A stretch of 27,639 nucleotides of DNA from Candidatus Zixiibacteriota bacterium. Its GTDB lineage: Bacteria; Zixibacteria; MSB-5A5; CAIYYT01. The first letter of the stretch is position 1, and every line of letters starts with the position of its first letter. Positions 25,434 through 27,639 of this stretch are shown here, in pieces. Location: positions 1-27,639 of the forward strand of contig JBECKX010000149.1 in the NCBI GenBank assembly GCA_040235515.1, in the 5' to 3' direction. The notes beneath the pieces are model-generated. The model was given only the letters and a program-made list of their open reading frames with translations. It made no database searches and was not told where the DNA came from. Both the position numbers and the translations under genes were made by a program.

Positions 25434-26495
25434 ATGCAGGCATACTTTGATCGTGACGATGCTAATCTGGAAGCCGAAGCGTTACTGACGCAGTCAACCT
25501 CGGATCGCGATGCCGGTGATGAGGTGGCCGATTTCGGCAGACGCCGCTACCTGAACCTGCTCGGCTTTACCGTCGCGCTGGGATTGATCGCCGTGTTTCT
25601 CGCTGTACATCTCGGATCGATCGAACCGGCTCTCAGCTATCAGGAACCGAAGTTCGAAAAGCCGGAAGTCCGGTTCGAAATCGAGATTCCGGAACCAGAG
25701 GTGGAACAACCCAAGCCAAAACCGAAACCCAAGGTTGAACCGCCTAAACCGGAACCGGAAAAAGTGGAGCGGTTGCGCAGCGTGCCCGATCAGAAAATCC
25801 AGAAAATCCGGCAGAACGAAAAACTGGATGAACGTCGGGAAGTCCGCGAAACCGATCGCGACGTCGAAACTGAAGTCGTCAAGAACCGCGTGAATGATAA
25901 AATTCGCGAACGCAACGAAGTGCGCGACAACGAGCGCGATGTCAAGACTGAGTCTACCAGCGAGCGCTCGCTGCCCGCAGTGCGAACTCCGAAAATCGTG
26001 GCGCAGGAAACCGTCGCGGACCGCGACGTGAGTCACGAGAGCATCCGCCAGTCAACCGTTTCCGGTCTGGCCAAAACCACCGGAGACTTCGTCGATGAAA
26101 TCGCCCCGCAGGTGAATCGCGGCGGTCTACCCGAGGAAGGCCTCTCGCGCATCAAGCTCGATCCCTACACCTACCAGATGGTGAACGTCTGCCTGCGGCT
26201 CTGCGCCCAGTCGATGTTTACCCATACCGGTATGAGCGGGGAAGCGCAGGAAGGCTCATCTCGCTGGCTCAAGGTCTCGCGCGGATCAGGTGGAAACTCA
26301 TTCTCCTATCGCTTCAACGAGCGCTGGGTCAACGTTACCGTCAACGTCAATTCGTTGACAGATATCTCAAACCTGAATTTCATCAGCATCCCATCAGACC
26401 TGTCCGGTAGCGGGAAAGCGGACCAGTTCCTTAAGGAAGTCACCCGCAAACTCTGCACCCTGCTGGGGTACGATGATTGTGTTCAGAGGCTGTAA
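25434..26495 (+). CDS. TonB/TolA-like energy transducer with atypical C-terminal domain
   Basis: N-terminal TM containing His (LAVHLG), then a Pro/Glu/Lys-rich linker PEPEVEQPKPKPKPKVEPPKPEP. Follows exbB/exbD-like genes. Confidence 0.68.
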   Translation: MQAYFDRDDANLEAEALLTQSTSDRDAGDEVADFGRRRYLNLLGFTVALGLIAVFLAVHLGSIEPALSYQEPKFEKPEVRFEIEIPEPEVEQPKPKPKPKVEPPKPEPEKVERLRSVPDQKIQKIRQNEKLDERREVRETDRDVETEVVKNRVNDKIRERNEVRDNERDVKTESTSERSLPAVRTPKIVAQETVADRDVSHESIRQSTVSGLAKTTGDFVDEIAPQVNRGGLPEEGLSRIKLDPYTYQMVNVCLRLCAQSMFTHTGMSGEAQEGSSRWLKVSRGSGGNSFSYRFNERWVNVTVNVNSLTDISNLNFISIPSDLSGSGKADQFLKEVTRKLCTLLGYDDCVQRL

Positions 26496-26574
26496 GGAAG
26501 CACAAGAGGATAACTAATCGTCGGTGCACGCTGCACTACTGGGTCAGTTGCACCGCAAATCGATGGATACTGAA

Positions 26575-26613
26575 AAGATACTCTAAGAAGACACTCTAAG
26601 AAAATACTCTAAG
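26575..26613. repeat. 13-bp tandem repeat, three copies, upstream of the last gene
   Basis: AAGATACTCTAAG AAGACACTCTAAG AAAATACTCTAAG. Confidence 0.8.
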
Positions 26614-26636
26614 TTTCTCTATACGAGGTGTGTAAC

Positions 26637-27639
26637 ATGTTTAGCTGTTTATTCTCCCGGAGCGGGTACGCCGTCGCAGCGCTTTTCCTGCTGGCGACTA
26701 TGCTCCTGCTGACCGGATCGGTGTTCGGGCAGTCGTCAGCCAAGGGTTACCTTGACTATCTCGACTCCTACTACCAGACCGGCGATCCCAACGACCTTTC
26801 ACTGGCACGAGCTTCCATAAAGACAGAGCTGGACCAGTCAGCCGCTCTGCGTTTCCAGGGCTACTACTACAACGCGGAGATCCAGTACCTCCTGGCCCTG
26901 GAGGAATTGAAGCGCGATCCAAAGAACGTTGAACTGCAGGATAAGCTGCGCGCTTTGCTGCTGCAGCTCTACAGCCGCTACCTCGACGCCTACTACAAGG
27001 TCGACCAGTCGCAGCTGCAAAGTTCCAACGTTCCGGGCAACACCGCCTTCCTCTTCAAGGATATCATGATGGCCGCGACCTTCATTCCCAACGCCAACTC
27101 CTGGTCGCCGTTGGTGAACAACGTGCTGCGTCGCGCCAATCGTGAAGGGCTCTATGATCGCGACAACAGCTACGTCGCCAGCGTCAACGATATGCTTGGA
27201 ATGGAATACCCGAATCTCTTCGGAGTCGCCAACCTGGTGAAGTCTGTCTGGCTCAATGACAAATTCATCGGCATCCAGAACGAAAGCGCCGAAAAGGACT
27301 CCCTGCGTCAACTCGTGAACTATTACGCAGCGATCGCCGCGGATACTCTGAAATCAGGCTACGGCAAGACCATCGCCTTCTTCCTGCTGGCCGAGACCTA
27401 CGCCGGTCACGACAACGACATGGCATGGGATTACTTCAAGAAGTGCCTCGATCTTTACAAGGCGGAATCGGTCAACGCGCAGGGCTTCTACGCACGCAAC
27501 TACAACCGCGAGATCTACCTCGCCACCGCCGTTGCCTTCCTCCCCAAGTATGCCGAATACCTCTACAGCAATGGCCGTCACGCGGAAGTGCTGATGGGCG
27601 CGAAATACCTCGTCGACAGCGGCATGCTCGATCGTGGCA
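26637..27639 (+). CDS. Exported helical, TPR-like protein (partial, runs off the window; absent from the ORF track)
   Basis: GAGG RBS and ATG 26637. MFSCLFSRSGYAVAALFLLATMLLLTGSVFG-Q signal. Frame open to the window end, with TPR-like segments such as FFLLAETYAGHDNDMAWDYFKKCL. Confidence 0.8.
   Translation, partial: MFSCLFSRSGYAVAALFLLATMLLLTGSVFGQSSAKGYLDYLDSYYQTGDPNDLSLARASIKTELDQSAALRFQGYYYNAEIQYLLALEELKRDPKNVELQDKLRALLLQLYSRYLDAYYKVDQSQLQSSNVPGNTAFLFKDIMMAATFIPNANSWSPLVNNVLRRANREGLYDRDNSYVASVNDMLGMEYPNLFGVANLVKSVWLNDKFIGIQNESAEKDSLRQLVNYYAAIAADTLKSGYGKTIAFFLLAETYAGHDNDMAWDYFKKCLDLYKAESVNAQGFYARNYNREIYLATAVAFLPKYAEYLYSNGRHAEVLMGAKYLVDSGMLDRG

Noticed and set aside
26838..27581. Minus-strand ORFs at the window end
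   Set aside because: They are antisense to the continuous plus-strand frame starting at 26637.

Overview
A 27.6 kb bacterial chromosomal window. Two secreted proteins carry C-terminal 'GD.N.DG..SIGDAV..INYIFGGGPAP' dockerin-like tags, which suggests candidate phylum Zixibacteria or a relative (inference). Core genes are proS, a FabG-like SDR, a zinc-ribbon/lemA/htpX operon, mscS and tRNA-Arg(CCG). Accessory genes are a TIR/NDT-like gene pair, a DUF2975/YozG-like pair, a TraB/Tiki-like lipoprotein, an AT-richer membrane-protein/vWA cassette, two dockerin-tagged surface proteins, an OmcS-like hexaheme cytochrome, a porin/periplasmic-binder/histidine-kinase triad and a divergent ExbB/ExbD/TonB-like motor followed by a TPR-like protein. 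The most unusual signal is a two-gene unit at 12630-13416 (-). Both small proteins share a gapless 26-aa scaffold at nearly the same position. Each scaffold is flanked by different short peptides that resemble the most conserved motifs of contractile injection system or phage-tail proteins (gp19 tube, Afp7-like, baseplate J/Afp11-like, DUF5908), in shuffled order and with no CIS locus in the window. The second highlight is that the OmcS-like cytochrome has Lys where OmcS has the inter-subunit heme ligand His16. All family assignments come from motif recognition by eye; no database searches were run.
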